A DNA stretch of 64,000 bases from an uncultured Clostridia bacterium (GCA_934754475.1 CAKVHV010000001.1:420228-484227); one strand, 5' to 3'. Positions 28,501-31,586 are shown, numbered from the stretch's first letter. The notes: generated by a model not told the origin, from the sequence alone. Made by a program: numbers and translations.

Positions 28501-31489
28501 CAGAGCCACGACCTGTAGCTGTCGTATTAATTAGTGTACCATTGCTTACTACATAATAATTCCCTGCACTATTACCATTTGTAATTGTAACTTGAGCATA
28601 ATATGTTTTGCTAGGGAAAGTTAAATTTAGTTTATTATATTCACGGGAACCTTTGACACTAACTGCGGTGGTGCTTGAACCCGAACCCCTTTGATTATTA
28701 GCACCATCTACAAAGGTCCATGAACCACTAGTCGAATCTCCCGAACTATCTATTTTAATACTAAAGTCATATGTATAGTCCAAATCCCAAGTTAATGTAA
28801 TAGTTCTCGGGGTTGTAAGACTTGACGTCACCTTGTTGGTAAGTTTCATGTTGGCTTGAGCAGTATTATGGTCATATTTTTTATTATCTATAATAGTCGA
28901 GCCATATTTAAGTACACCCGTCAAAGAGTCTCCTTCAGCATAATTTCCACCAATATAGAAATACGAAGAAGAACTACTCAAATCGCAGTATAAACTACTT
29001 ACACTACTAGAATAATTGCTACTATTGTAGTAGAATGTAAAGTTTCCGCCAGTAGAAGTAACTTTTGTCAAAACTTTACCTGGGTCACCGGAATAAGCCA
29101 TTATGATTTCCGGCATTGAACTAGTACTATCTGACTCACCAAAGTAACTTGAACTAGACAAAGTAAATGTCACAACTTTGTCTTTTGCAGTTCCGGAGTT
29201 TGAAATTGCAGTAACCGAACCTGTATTACTACCTTTCAGATAGTTGTTTTGATAGTACTTCAGATAATTGCAAGAATACGAGCCAATCGCTACAAAATAA
29301 TTACTACTAATTACTGCATTACTCCAAGTAATCTTAATAGTATCTGATGCCGAATATCCCGAGACTTTGTACACCCAGCCAATTCCCGCATTAACCGAGA
29401 CTTCCGAAGTAGTCGCACTCATAGGTGAACTCGAGCTATTCAAATAAACTAGTGGCGCATCCAAATTCATCGAATTATATGCATAACTATCCAATACGAC
29501 CATAAAGTAAGCATCGTTATTTGCCCAACTATATGTAATATATCTTCGTGTAGTCTCATTAGTAGATGTTCCGCTAGACGAGATTCTATTTGAACAATCT
29601 AGTTTTACTCCCGACGAACTTGTGCTAGATACACTATGTACAACAGTTCCCGTAGCACTGCCATATCTTAGTTCGGCAGTTAATTTCATATTTGCTTTGT
29701 AACCACTACTTACATCAAACCAAATTGTAGTTGTGCCAGTATCCCCCAAATAACAGAATAAATCGTTTGTAAGACTTGAACTTGTGCTAGAGTTGTAATA
29801 GTACTTAAACTTATTTGAACTAACCGCAGATGTTACACGGGTGAGTGTTCTTCCACCAGTACCAAATGTGTATACAGGCATAGTTTCCATATTTTCGACA
29901 TATCCATCAGTACGTGTAGCTGTTTCGTAACCTGACAAATGTAGAATTTCATCAGTACTAATTAGTGGCAAATCTTGTACATTTATTTGTATTAAATATC
30001 CATCTACAGCTGAACTTTCAAAATCCTTATACACTTCATAAGTCAAATCTTCACCAGCTGAGCTAGCACCACCACACGAAGCATATGTTGTAATTAGATA
30101 GTTACCAGGGAAATAAATATAATTCCAAGAACTATATTCTGAGTACGCACTCACTGAAAGATTAGTTAATGAACTGCCAGTACCATACATATTATGAGCG
30201 CTTGAAAAATTAACTGACAATGTGGCTGCTGATTCATTAGAATATTCTTGATTGACTTGATACAAATAACATGTACCTAAATTAAACTCGGCATAATTAT
30301 GCCCTTCATATTTAAATTGAAAAGTTTTGTATAAAGTTAGATAAGTACTATCCGAATACATAATCCAAGGTGTAATGCCTGTAGGACATATAATACCTAG
30401 CCAACGATAGTTATTTCCACTTGCCTTTTGACACAATCCAATACAGTGACCTTCTGAGTGATAAGCAGGAACAGGTACTTGACCGCAATACACACATGTT
30501 GCATATTCTGTTGAAGAGTTGTCATATGTAGTATTACAATGTGGGCAAGTATAACTTGAAGGGTCTGCATTAGGTGTATTAGCCTTGTAACTAACATGCA
30601 CATCTCTGGAAAAAACAACTGAAAAATTTATCATTGAGTGCCATTTTTCATAACTATTAATATTCCCTTCCCATTCATCAGAACCCAAAGGAAGAACAGT
30701 TTCTGAAATAGTTATTTTTCGAACATTTGCAAATATATTATCCCAAGACACACTCCATGAACCACCACCACTATTACTGTTATTTGAATAAGTAAAACCC
30801 GAACCTAAATTCGACGATGCTAAGCTCATAGGAGTTGATGCAATAAAAGTATCACTTGCATCATAAAAATAAACAAGAAGATCGTCATCACAATTATCTT
30901 CATTAGCCGTATTTAAATCGATACCTTCTTGAAGTGCAAAATCAATGCCTGTAATATTACTACTAGTCCAGCTTATATCCATAGCAAATTCTGCCCCAAT
31001 ACTAATAACATCAGGGTCTGAACTTCCATGTGGAGCATTCTCAAGATAATAAATTTCAAAGTTAAAGAGAGAAGAAGTACCAGAGCCATCAGCTGAATAT
31101 CCGCCTTGACTAATATCTGGATCTCCACCACCAAGTGATGCTAGAATTCCAATATCTGAACTACAGCCTTCAGTAGAAATTGTAACTGAATCATAACTTG
31201 ACGGCGGGTTTAAACATTGCCCAGTACAATGTACTCCGTGAAAGTCTGCTAAGCTATTGTAATACTCATGACAATATGAACATGTGCCACCAGGACCGCC
31301 AGTATCAAACGTCACACCGCAATCAGGACATGTCTCAGACCATGCCATAACATGATTTTGCGAGATTTCATTTATCATTACCGCAGAAAAAATTCCTGAG
31401 AACAGCATAACTATTCCCAAAAGGATAACTTTTATTAAATACGAATAAGGATGTTTTACTTTTAATTCTGAATTAACACTTTTTCGCAT
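4532..31489 (-). CDS. Giant (8,985-aa) N-terminally anchored S/T/N/Y/G-rich surface protein with GLUG-motif beta-helix modules; putative fibrillar adhesin, function unknown
   Basis: Single open frame of 26,958 nt. AGGAG sits 7 nt upstream of the ATG and a terminator follows the TAA. The N-terminus is a basic stretch plus one hydrophobic helix (LIKVILLGIVMLFSGIFSAVMI). Repeated GGLVG/GGIAG/GGVIA GLUG-like motifs. The longest alternative-frame ORFs inside it in the supplied track are 116 aa. Confidence 0.92.
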   Translation of the reverse strand: MRKSVNSELKVKHPYSYLIKVILLGIVMLFSGIFSAVMINEISQNHVMAWSETCPDCGVTFDTGGPGGTCSYCHEYYNSLADFHGVHCTGQCLNPPSSYDSVTISTEGCSSDIGILASLGGGDPDISQGGYSADGSGTSSLFNFEIYYLENAPHGSSDPDVISIGAEFAMDISWTSSNITGIDFALQEGIDLNTANEDNCDDDLLVYFYDASDTFIASTPMSLASSNLGSGFTYSNNSNSGGGSWSVSWDNIFANVRKITISETVLPLGSDEWEGNINSYEKWHSMINFSVVFSRDVHVSYKANTPNADPSSYTCPHCNTTYDNSSTEYATCVYCGQVPVPAYHSEGHCIGLCQKASGNNYRWLGIICPTGITPWIMYSDSTYLTLYKTFQFKYEGHNYAEFNLGTCYLYQVNQEYSNESAATLSVNFSSAHNMYGTGSSLTNLSVSAYSEYSSWNYIYFPGNYLITTYASCGGASSAGEDLTYEVYKDFESSAVDGYLIQINVQDLPLISTDEILHLSGYETATRTDGYVENMETMPVYTFGTGGRTLTRVTSAVSSNKFKYYYNSSTSSSLTNDLFCYLGDTGTTTIWFDVSSGYKANMKLTAELRYGSATGTVVHSVSSTSSSGVKLDCSNRISSSGTSTNETTRRYITYSWANNDAYFMVVLDSYAYNSMNLDAPLVYLNSSSSPMSATTSEVSVNAGIGWVYKVSGYSASDTIKITWSNAVISSNYFVAIGSYSCNYLKYYQNNYLKGSNTGSVTAISNSGTAKDKVVTFTLSSSSYFGESDSTSSMPEIIMAYSGDPGKVLTKVTSTGGNFTFYYNSSNYSSSVSSLYCDLSSSSSYFYIGGNYAEGDSLTGVLKYGSTIIDNKKYDHNTAQANMKLTNKVTSSLTTPRTITLTWDLDYTYDFSIKIDSSGDSTSGSWTFVDGANNQRGSGSSTTAVSVKGSREYNKLNLTFPSKTYYAQVTITNGNSAGNYYVVSNGTLINTTATGRGSAPTTNNFTMLADSIKTIMGNASSTVSINIKYIKLTWTDVAKCRNSNLTSSSATNITTPLQFAYFVNNPTTNYTIGADIDFSPSSLTIGGTTYTYTMDYDFVGFSSLSSSGTLDGKYYTLSNMVISTSSGTAIVQTNNGKISNLFVGSGTCSVSGKAMLCQTNSGTIEYCGLDGNTSGYASFVGTNNSGKYVRFVSLDAGVDDSFFLINSNSGNLQNSYFVVASGTSGKNIGLTNTNSGSIKNVYFVSHGVGKMYPVKVSGSGSVGNAYYYIGSGTLGTSSYGTRRTSESQMKDKSNFNGFTFGEDGWFITQSGLNTNIDYQYNRGYPLINYTQSFYNVGSINYYLNNSPITSTSNSNIVFVANLSTFSALMFNEESSSVNDSFIASINNNISILQGETESYTITVAKNARAFITDVKLGNTSVMPSNYSFGSYNDSTDKSFSISLKPTSNSFAINIYCSTVAVTISQQIAISAFGNTLASSYYCYKSSGNTYNCFLNDTLSFNITKNYGAINFGQIKFGSSTTLTTFNSTSGAYQNATSGSYSFTASNKTVIFPFTSASTSALAISINNYYVTTSMKIDSPAPSGFTGSITGGSSAISFGDKLESTATTKYLLYDTNNHYSYTINITDGSSTYRINKVTMGSSTYVNSSEYDNVTLSIASTGYNTKPTVKYGTTTVTNTNSSDGNLLWHAVQAGASPTAVVAIVVNPKLSAVDVPIYVKLLGTQFSDTELSNFKIYDKTSAKTSNDLSLSSTSGNLYTYSTKFSQVVIGTALKVQAKYGSGILSKNTTDTSGYSAFNFGSHIYRMYWNTSGSNTTASSEGNDGYSSGAVQTNPYTIYLYLIEQEKIAVDTNDSNVYSNTYYSALFSNLGARVIHQISISRNTSYASNGANSFSDSTTVTANGSKILHNNSNLYYVDYGGKYTYSQDNGTLTLSGQSFSLDNLFSIPSTNSKSSTNVTSDVTISLSKVQQISKSIGIYIENPGLQYNNSRHDYFYRLIPYVSFYTYTSTGRSPDPVHLTSSSENGTLVKLAKNNTSSIGANTINYSSNLLANVTLQASGSTTYGSTGKYTYVLTSVYGNYFEFTRGDKDSIATVADRNILISLESSDSGYPNVTNSSSQTQKDFFQNLNPSTITIDGKKDQKYTLKGYLKDGNSSIIFTYAPYVTLNFNSVDDAKSKQGESVDGIKSISISAKLNGSTFAAARTNGTKEITYDLASTSSGVNLIVTATMTIDDGFELSRLVFGSYRLFAAATNLKTTKAPYSEYISTNDADDVTNYKVTLTASGSTYLIDCKTLKIEIELNKSSYLDSDTITIVSAYTPYLVEKQTFGTYEDGTSVGKNTSVTIYGRGTIDIKDKYNNTYGNNSTLSLTNTSGTNYTLSISTLNIYYYTNLEVKFTNASNFYRQYAQVNGLTNGTYAQDPLTWYDTANTNLKGTYNTGTTFNISAQFVGITLHRTNRISPQMITRDASSNVGQGVNSFTISNGTETSYSGTTYTLTPASGYSLKYFKIYVYKTTGDTSTTQSTPYTLYTISSGSSNLKVPKQYTYTGNSLEQNFTATIARNSNNVTLALNYLVNSEKSNYYGSCSNILVEPVMCETAKTISASSGASPVALKWASNTISARYLKFSAGTMPSYTVYYDGTSTTSSSPTLNLGGNKNITRISINGAFNALYLSTDNSTWYTIYDSYVDGAVTASSTSPYVIDFVADYGLNLDNFKSYTNSGNQLIVPNVDGYFPIVSGKTYRVSSNMADYKVKLVTFNENLAQVDTNSDYQYIQTITASSSAKYMGLFFQRTSGSSNILNEFNANFSVNIQISTNNALSDTSAVELMVGYTGSQVKSTQVSGIRLITDSYSYVSKLNGSNHIQTHAVISNTTNTAYAQRYYTASTISGNKYNVYVTYYSANASMTKDQINTILGGITHDSSGNSNQNTPNASQYGAYRYFSSENSKTNANAYKFNFNTGVLNNTSMRGWEYKGMTILEGSATASTSDCSVVSVDANNTTLSGNFRNSSANTFKIFTIRINIAEKQFTHTVGHGCNNSSCTSCYAGTIDVYTTLSQNGASATTISGSNANSALIELKAAESARRFDTNASTGTATNISSQIPTSVSDIDASKRSTYNGMAMYADLPDIKYTKITVGYFTKLYLIAKSNDVNIYTNSWIVVDNSATSDKPNQSLYANYTYLNSGTITTTINFKPDFYSDWIEYAIKDGLNVDIPSTYSVNFRHKFDGSFQISLLGEVNRFNTDTNAFKEALVIEKSNQTSSDVTYQIKHGAKVIGTISANIDGKFSAGTYTLRVVAGAKVIITYSDNTTMPYAINMGQITAGSTTKTLNTAGSKLTAQAISNYDNCSIESSSTWVANAGGRVDPTTGGTITYTLDKKSTTTVNYCDNIEIKTVFDYYHQVFLDRVNVTNAAASKANGAISVTQIEKANNKQELTESSIGNYASIYLREGEYFKLSASDQINENTNTPFSKDKFYVFGLLKGTNSYVSGTDYTAQDSWYKNSGYSTYYTNVSTPITTAVSTNTPFTVNNVQITNANNENIYYTAFYSQAKPVQLEINTYDNGAVTKVATILTNSTKNTFDIGADNIYGQVSLFQDSACSKPLPLRSDGYMIVGCGTGTNRNFIDSFNIFVKYDTSGLVNYSFKDMTKHNDAHSGTSCSFVSLDTSNSDSFYINTTGIPFDTTYVNDKLQGSFKNHTIGQVNLNRLYEVTIKYRIRTSLNAYEDFDTKNKADLYLGYAGEYATDKFTTFGSSYQKKFISGQSITIDAYVPFENVDSYIAPFRIAKIATNGVSSVPSFTINNNGFNNATSTFTITSATAGTYYIDLVEMIRLDTGATNKSFISENGQNNFSGVTGGSIAFGNDTNPVTKVKDNGIYEVKDGIYIGIIAKDKSNASKVNETANFVDRFDQVRMTLSFDQGFEEYKPNSAGMKECFAGFTSENLVKQGYGNYTFIANESHINSTNGNPIVLYVTEKKTTYNVFYGICDLNGNVFTDDVRPDGNQFKLAALKNNQGLKTLVTNDNLSTDTKFTGKPLSEILAMEGNKNYIGYFGSVTFVTSVNQDSSYKFRTHNVNNYNPYEGITNIIYGYSHNGLEIGYNKTELMNGSGSFEGTLKLTNKTSEHPSVNSSTNQQDNKEIRVSAYFTYTNKVTIKFASTRNDAFNLTNGTFKSKFGVADGYTTSDNKVYFKTFVVPYNGTISGETFDAVVEPSFTSTSVDNYVPGYVYENISRLGSSTIKTTADQGGTTYSLTISNITASEEITLLYNPVVLVTLEKPNGVAGHNSVGKGTATTEFYSFKRNVEKNLVKIKPLYSQVVYPDGWTGGSNGTSSQSYSMVYNATNSISTGTINRDTSISNIFEINHESTGNTYVFVVYHGNGDNGLYYKTTLTPYIENTSAIETSERYIPHEVSYTNNTTQNTAHFQVKITDNNTEKYVDYENLSSGVYNNALIDKSLRESYYSSNTLTVSDNNIYQDKNSVTPSFAREYTIEFSTYLSNASDGTPASVILKIGTSTYTIPTTTTGGDIYYKNVHVLENEETTVQVLWDDDKFDNLYNQTQIYDSNVVTSNTQNIGYIAGQGNTTYYSVNNASQNQIKFEKTVYFSSSNVDATTGKEKVAQTSDKWIETLRFMEKRNVTLTVNPEYLDVSTQPIIEMGQKTIDPVGATTPTEKLTYGSFKSTSLTSGEYKGKNIYVSNNISSKPKTISATVQATKTDFTTLTLYAQDISATTSYDFKGFKIAGTSTYLVLASALATKNGMYEYSISVPSDSDGASYNIVADYTLNSDNVDKINIYGNGYFQFGYSTSTDALSASTNYTLFDQNKYANETNDIFRATNSLITNGAKYLVIKAYPQEHSTFASVSAKYTNASNMYFSKSGQNSATAEDDIYFSSENNVFVYSIRDWTPGSDVNYMQYNTEITLVFTSDTWRNPNYHTSISSTTITKNGISKVGYHVTTASQLAYIASTPSISQGSASENTIIYIDSDINMSAHLWLPMIDFRGQIISEKYKISGLRTTGQANIMLNSSLTIDGTNSTPSYINSYNDEFTYTSSGNTAYYNYNVDSSMSLLDTTNGATIEGLVIDDFVGTYYNSKNKFNGSIIGSSTNTTILDVEINNVTYTSVSSLALSSNYYFAKFIGTTNGYNVIRNSKSTGSFVCTITGENISASFVIGQSNCNSSDKPIVTDNGISTNEYLSNISITGTGNRVSGGTNLKLAGLISNYTSSSAYAHDIYFEVTGDKPATTNPISNSDLTTNTTFVYHSIFSKTFLATNTDTEFVSSNQTSNFAIRWSNPTTTTRKLKIDSTYSTFTNVDNHTGGTSANSPKIYAISSKNDLLGHLSNIDSSKSYVELRLTQDIDFGYSVWPTVDISSGYTFNGAGYKISNIVLNNYSRDTNSYAMFGTNAGVIKNLYVENIYMSVGVFATYKPSNYALIVSNNTGEILSTSVQGTIDANINNSDSNEVYIGGLIGTNSQALYELEFVGNISIGAFGKNTTSPKYVGGIVGYMNGGSLSKVHSSATINTYGNKTRVNNSSYFGGLVGKHTNISVNNSYYGNYANSEYVASINEFEKTSNSKAYALSGTGTGLEINYFYSSANFSLASANGVTSGTSSGNGIYMLNGTFSSVPTNITNGISDANLKNKTGLNGFDFDNVWYYQTTDEIHTYPYPMLIGNKNTHDVKVELSVEGIDFTDENITSVFELTNDYGYEQIIYGVKDEHTDTTSTKNAIDYYVQVLHSDSIDANKTSNRIKITPKTNYHIVSIVLDGVPFLNYNYRRNPTSSTSAISTDYLNLISSNSNYSGDQKTYARTNNHTLKIVLSKNFNFLGTGINGTKMSRDSITNTISNEYGTLTVSGTTSNGKTNMLKGNSGYYNHSVDNTNYSTWYLPEELHDYYYQNTSGLNSPNSANSLVTFTFEATPRVGDKNSYIATRLIGWVYETYASANSSDRNWDTIKNASLIKYKFNGDGTIGYEIVSNNDTLNYAKNITGFIDINSSTIQTSEIGMSNGKVSSKYITKATLSVTSDKVTDGYYYPVVEYIYTSSVVTALHYHNHLDSCYNSNGELICDDDVSHPFDYTNTCTTGGNTCLNSNNVTIQNVDTSSDITPGDILSEGSRVRIQIQNEKQGSLIGKFARRFYDTSTNSLQIYYYEIEEQYIKAIYKLNETRKSDGSISYEKVYFDSSYVDEANGIFDVSNSRLVTIDGSKEYQTRIEFTLTRSTTNVNSPVNTDGEYAFYMIEKLYDFTFNIFDADRMSETHLEISKESVFGNAISIKNDNGVLKYSFGSENNYVNIPSTMVSKLVSVMGRTLKVSVMLSGNNVIITSQMPDGHVAKLISTTLDSYRLTDQNDSIVARMTNKDVTNQIKYTSYQDVSHTETDKLGIRDKAYLSYNLAFNLVSGTSTKTYTYDYGTVTIIDEKVDLDIKFAKDYYSYFDQFGIDTNIPNYYTNNLSGSTTASAKFNNTTPIISSGQPTLSEILSSIQFATKDSNITSGEDGLTKNTAFTINSSYKLGWLAHMLNNNPDETYKVNGVSYKFKDAYYKISNNLDMSSKFWLPITQFDGVMFSLNDALDSGSINNIKIDIIASNVTGSFDTTNDINSNHVGLIAKSNNAKFIGLTLNNFDINTDLAVSIGNLVGLANSSYFDNINVRNSVICNIKNSNTSDSIAVGGLVGRANYMFAVNQTEITGVDFATNHNNVSAVVGASDYFGKIYNTYAFVNRITTYKSNTGITTSNPTIKFVNANNVVLKNNVHFVNSGVANSDLMFANGNILDNKEFNYLVGTKTVADATSVASANVNITTLNKLDSRVWANNSDNTDSRGTLKLISTAFDMSTTSTSLSTTEATNKGTIYNPYLIQNTQDFVLFVNNMNSNSNNTNAVYYKLTADIDLSGKYINPIILFKANLDGNNHKISGFYLYSDMGLTINGQTYFDSALILENQGKIENLFVVDFHIVNSNLYVSNNDTYGTSALVARNTNSGLVRNVSVVADIISTSEYTTGVVAINTSKVSTLISDGNILGLEYVSGVVGKSTTGSKSTTLGNYANILGYKHIGGVIASAETINVLKDMYNVGTLMISDDGSSTQSVAGVINSSTNASLTISNIYISGSIKLISNVATPTIKVAPLVISYAGGNVILGNSVWLSSVIDNLGSTAYSTDKAVVTTGTTTLESVSSKASNEIIRLSSTFPDTTWDYVNVWSVYTDINGGLPVFKQFNDYIVKLPHDANHSIGYSDDLLDRYFTYVRPDKNTRVMIHENYIVDIDNSETNIQETGLQSMIINLREVVINEDGTIYIYKGATVTLRVTSIIYRHVTTITLGHESSQIENITNTYSRTDDVQDKDEYLGSNTTKNYTGKKLGVRFDMLPSASVLDMYDRNRFDYFVNITEDIDTYDISAEALETTDDTSVRRLIDKITISDTTNNKSASNTNPTLQSIPHGSRVKIELSLNPDIIRDEYTNIRVDYWMLEVDNILTDNTGYNYLLDNKTIVNSLETNDNKFELDKLYNKANYTMFETNGSTNTSEYNISSGKISIDFVATAETSGNYVISLIKQWLVQVKFKVNTDIGFDYPIAYVNGYENVSAVEKAILETGDSQVKSAYQINQKNLGDKDNNNTISTQSYNLNYYAYSNGVLTTRLLDAGIYQKESTNYNYNDTDNLTNKDYMNTTFITKMFVDHNASINFSTYSKETYTFTGFTTKSGSNDVSLSNVTNTIVVGGESLELYTYRIDALTNAFYGDSMIVANYIPSKHYINTIVDKGGELEYNTENGVVSAPSEVPNSSSTTTLTGTDITSEVRHGTNITISLLPDNKYVYDKCCIRYYVYKDVENNGTTTRIYYNQSNSTWESNTQNITDNYLPVVQKYVNGVLADNKTTLKTLETTYNVESNGATTGDTNYSYELKIDNVVGNIEIHVNYVRYYWNDEPTTSTLQGGGTKTNPYRISKASDWGYIVNTSNASNEYYKDKYFMVTNDIDFASRFTPTLNKFAGNIFGNGYTFNNIVLDSHRNLGITTRHASGVAQDSEYTYGMSEFDSTTRTTKYGLINTLETSGLITGLKFAGVNIIASENNNFGSNKSTVSLIAENNGKLDNIQILSDADNSSLYLIENNPSLSSASGAYTVAFGGIAGVNKGIISNSINNATLNYSIDNSSNNQSITQFGGIAGANYGQIINTKNFGSLSYIKNSLNFVADKDKLIQGISFNIDTNAKDVLVYNVVSLGTISNTTSTNVICNNVGNVLNAYSTADYPEFISDKTLGYATLGINDYSSSTTVTDFGLWIEKAGVESITLSSLKKTIGTSDYYILENALHLAWLSRATTYNNAEIQGKTFVIASATPIDLSGRYFTPINSGYNNSFNIIGIAKNKDDILASDLLEDADIENVKISGLTIESNSYAGIYNASMNENLIYSAFINTISNSTIRGLDFENVDILTFNSSAVISGLVSGTSKITNCNYISGNIFGYNNKQITERNTLISGLVGIIKDTTNISASTVTGYVNGTQVLHESYEFGNDLGGNISALNNNVYASGMVSSVNDNAVLEESYFNGTIEIYNTDNSHSGYVNYLYGSVQNNYVKGKIISHYANNNISGLVNEIYGGANVINNYVALDLNLTSGNAYVLGAINGSASGYNVSKNYYLVDSSSTPKIGQGIQGTPSGMSGTVASNVIQISSSNLCNQKTFKNDSTWDFDDIWIYINHINWDYPVLRAIYGGDTTDIEVTIYNPHKYSDDTNQLGNLNLDNNDILFKNSDNKVESIYGNIENSTEFSDTTELKFTYSIITDEVGNFIISNTSTGLITSTLFGELQKAGTEVGGVTLTEDQTNYQEYADTLDNADIIISQTIDKVTYGLVITFNERVFNVTINSTLTADVGTDGVQDSDYMTVLLVHKNSAGEVDHAYSINLRNNQSYTFENIYNGEYDIVSQNDGRDMTTDSYGTYEIYVFYPMFYLNSSAHSYVTLNQNVSHNPTLNANYLIASYTQYTTIDTINTQNCSINAFGSFNLDTITRDVEISITLNKPYEYWLHESATNM
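5486..6715 (-). repeat. GLUG-type beta-helix module G of the giant protein (aa ~8259-8668)
   Basis: Opens GTSDYYILENALHLAWLS..IASATPIDLSGRYFTPI. Contains ISGLVGIIKDTTNISASTVTGYVNG. Closes DSTWDFDDIWIYINHINWDYPVLRAIYG. Confidence 0.65.
6740..7801 (-). repeat. GLUG-type beta-helix module F (aa ~7897-8250)
   Basis: Opens GGGTKTNPYRISKASDWGYIVN..FMVTNDIDFASRFTPTL. Contains FGGIAGVNKGIISNSINNATLNY and FGGIAGANYGQIINTKNFGSL. Confidence 0.65.
9932..11023 (-). repeat. GLUG-type beta-helix module E (aa ~6823-7186)
   Basis: Opens GTIYNPYLIQNTQDFVLFVNN..YKLTADIDLSGKYINPI. Contains YVSGVVGKSTTG and HIGGVIASAETI. Closes TTWDYVNVWSVYTDINGGLPVFKQF. Confidence 0.65.
11060..12070 (-). repeat. GLUG-type beta-helix module D (aa ~6474-6810)
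   Basis: Opens LTKNTAFTINSSYKLGWLAHML..YYKISNNLDMSSKFWLPITQFDG. Contains AVGGLVGRANYMFAVNQ. Closes LDSRVWANNSDNTDSRGTLKL. Confidence 0.6.
14534..15577 (-). repeat. GLUG-type beta-helix module C (aa ~5305-5652)
   Basis: Opens SPKIYAISSKNDLLGHL..RLTQDIDFGYSVWPTV. Contains YIGGLIGTNSQ, YVGGIVGYMNGGSLSKV and YFGGLVGKHTNISVNNSYYG. Closes GLNGFDFDNVWYYQTTDEIHTYPYPMLIG. Confidence 0.7.
15590..16690 (-). repeat. beta-helix module B (aa ~4934-5300), first member of the B-C pair
   Basis: Opens VGYHVTTASQLAYIASTPS..IIYIDSDINMSAHLWLPMIDFRGQI, the same cap pattern as the other modules. GLUG motifs are degenerate here (LAGLISNYTSS). Ends with FAIRWSNPTTTTRKLKI. Confidence 0.5.
27512..28342 (-). repeat. 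Solitary beta-helix module A (aa ~1050-1326)
   Basis: Opens NITTPLQFAYFVNNPTTNYTIGADIDF. Has short G-x-S/N rungs (NNGKISNLFVGSG, NSGTIEYCGLDG, NSGSIKNVYFVSHG). Closes SNFNGFTFGEDGWFI..YQYNRGYPLINY. Confidence 0.5.
30431..30553 (-). other. Cys6His2 knuckle motif, copy 2 (aa 313-353 of the giant protein)
   Basis: YTCPHCNTTYDNSSTEYATCVYCGQVPVPAYHSEGHCIGLC has the same Cys/His pattern as copy 1. Confidence 0.6.
31214..31339 (-). other. Cys6His2 knuckle motif, copy 1 (aa 51-92), immediately after the N-terminal membrane helix
   Basis: SETCPDCGVTFDTGGPGGTCSYCHEYYNSLADFHGVHCTGQC: CxxC-x12-CxxC-x14-CxxxC with conserved His residues. Confidence 0.6.
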
Positions 31490-31519
31490 GGTTTTCTCCT
31501 AAAATTATTATTTGTAAAA

Positions 31520-31547
31520 AATATAATTTGTTGCATATTATTTTCAA
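31520..31547 (-). promoter_or_regulatory. Candidate sigma-A-type promoter of the giant gene
   Basis: Minus strand reads TTGAAA, 16 nt, TATATT, about 30 nt upstream of the AGGAG/ATG. The AT-rich context makes chance matches likely. Confidence 0.3.
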
Positions 31548-31560
31548 ATGTATTTGATTA

Positions 31561-31586
31561 CTTAAGCTAACTTAAGACAACCTAAG
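31561..31586. promoter_or_regulatory. Three CTTAAG-type hexamers phased at exactly 10 bp (candidate transcription-factor site array)
   Basis: cttaagctaa cttaagacaa cctaag: palindromic hexamers start at 31561, 31571 and 31581, just upstream of the candidate -35. Confidence 0.3.

Noticed and set aside
4655-30618. About 20 short ORFs (60-116 aa) in other frames or strands inside the giant gene, for example 4655..4927+, 16565..16915+, 16675..17013- and 27503..27853+.
   Set aside because: All are nested in the 8,985-codon frame. They lack RBS-like sequences, have odd compositions (C/R/I-rich from antisense Ser/Thr codons) and recognise no family. They are shadow ORFs.
4532-31489. Giant protein as an IgA1-protease-like zinc metalloprotease, because of the GLUG motifs.
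   Set aside because: I found no HExxH or other protease motif in the translation, so only the GLUG/beta-helix scaffold is shared. This was a by-eye scan and needs confirmation with hmmscan.
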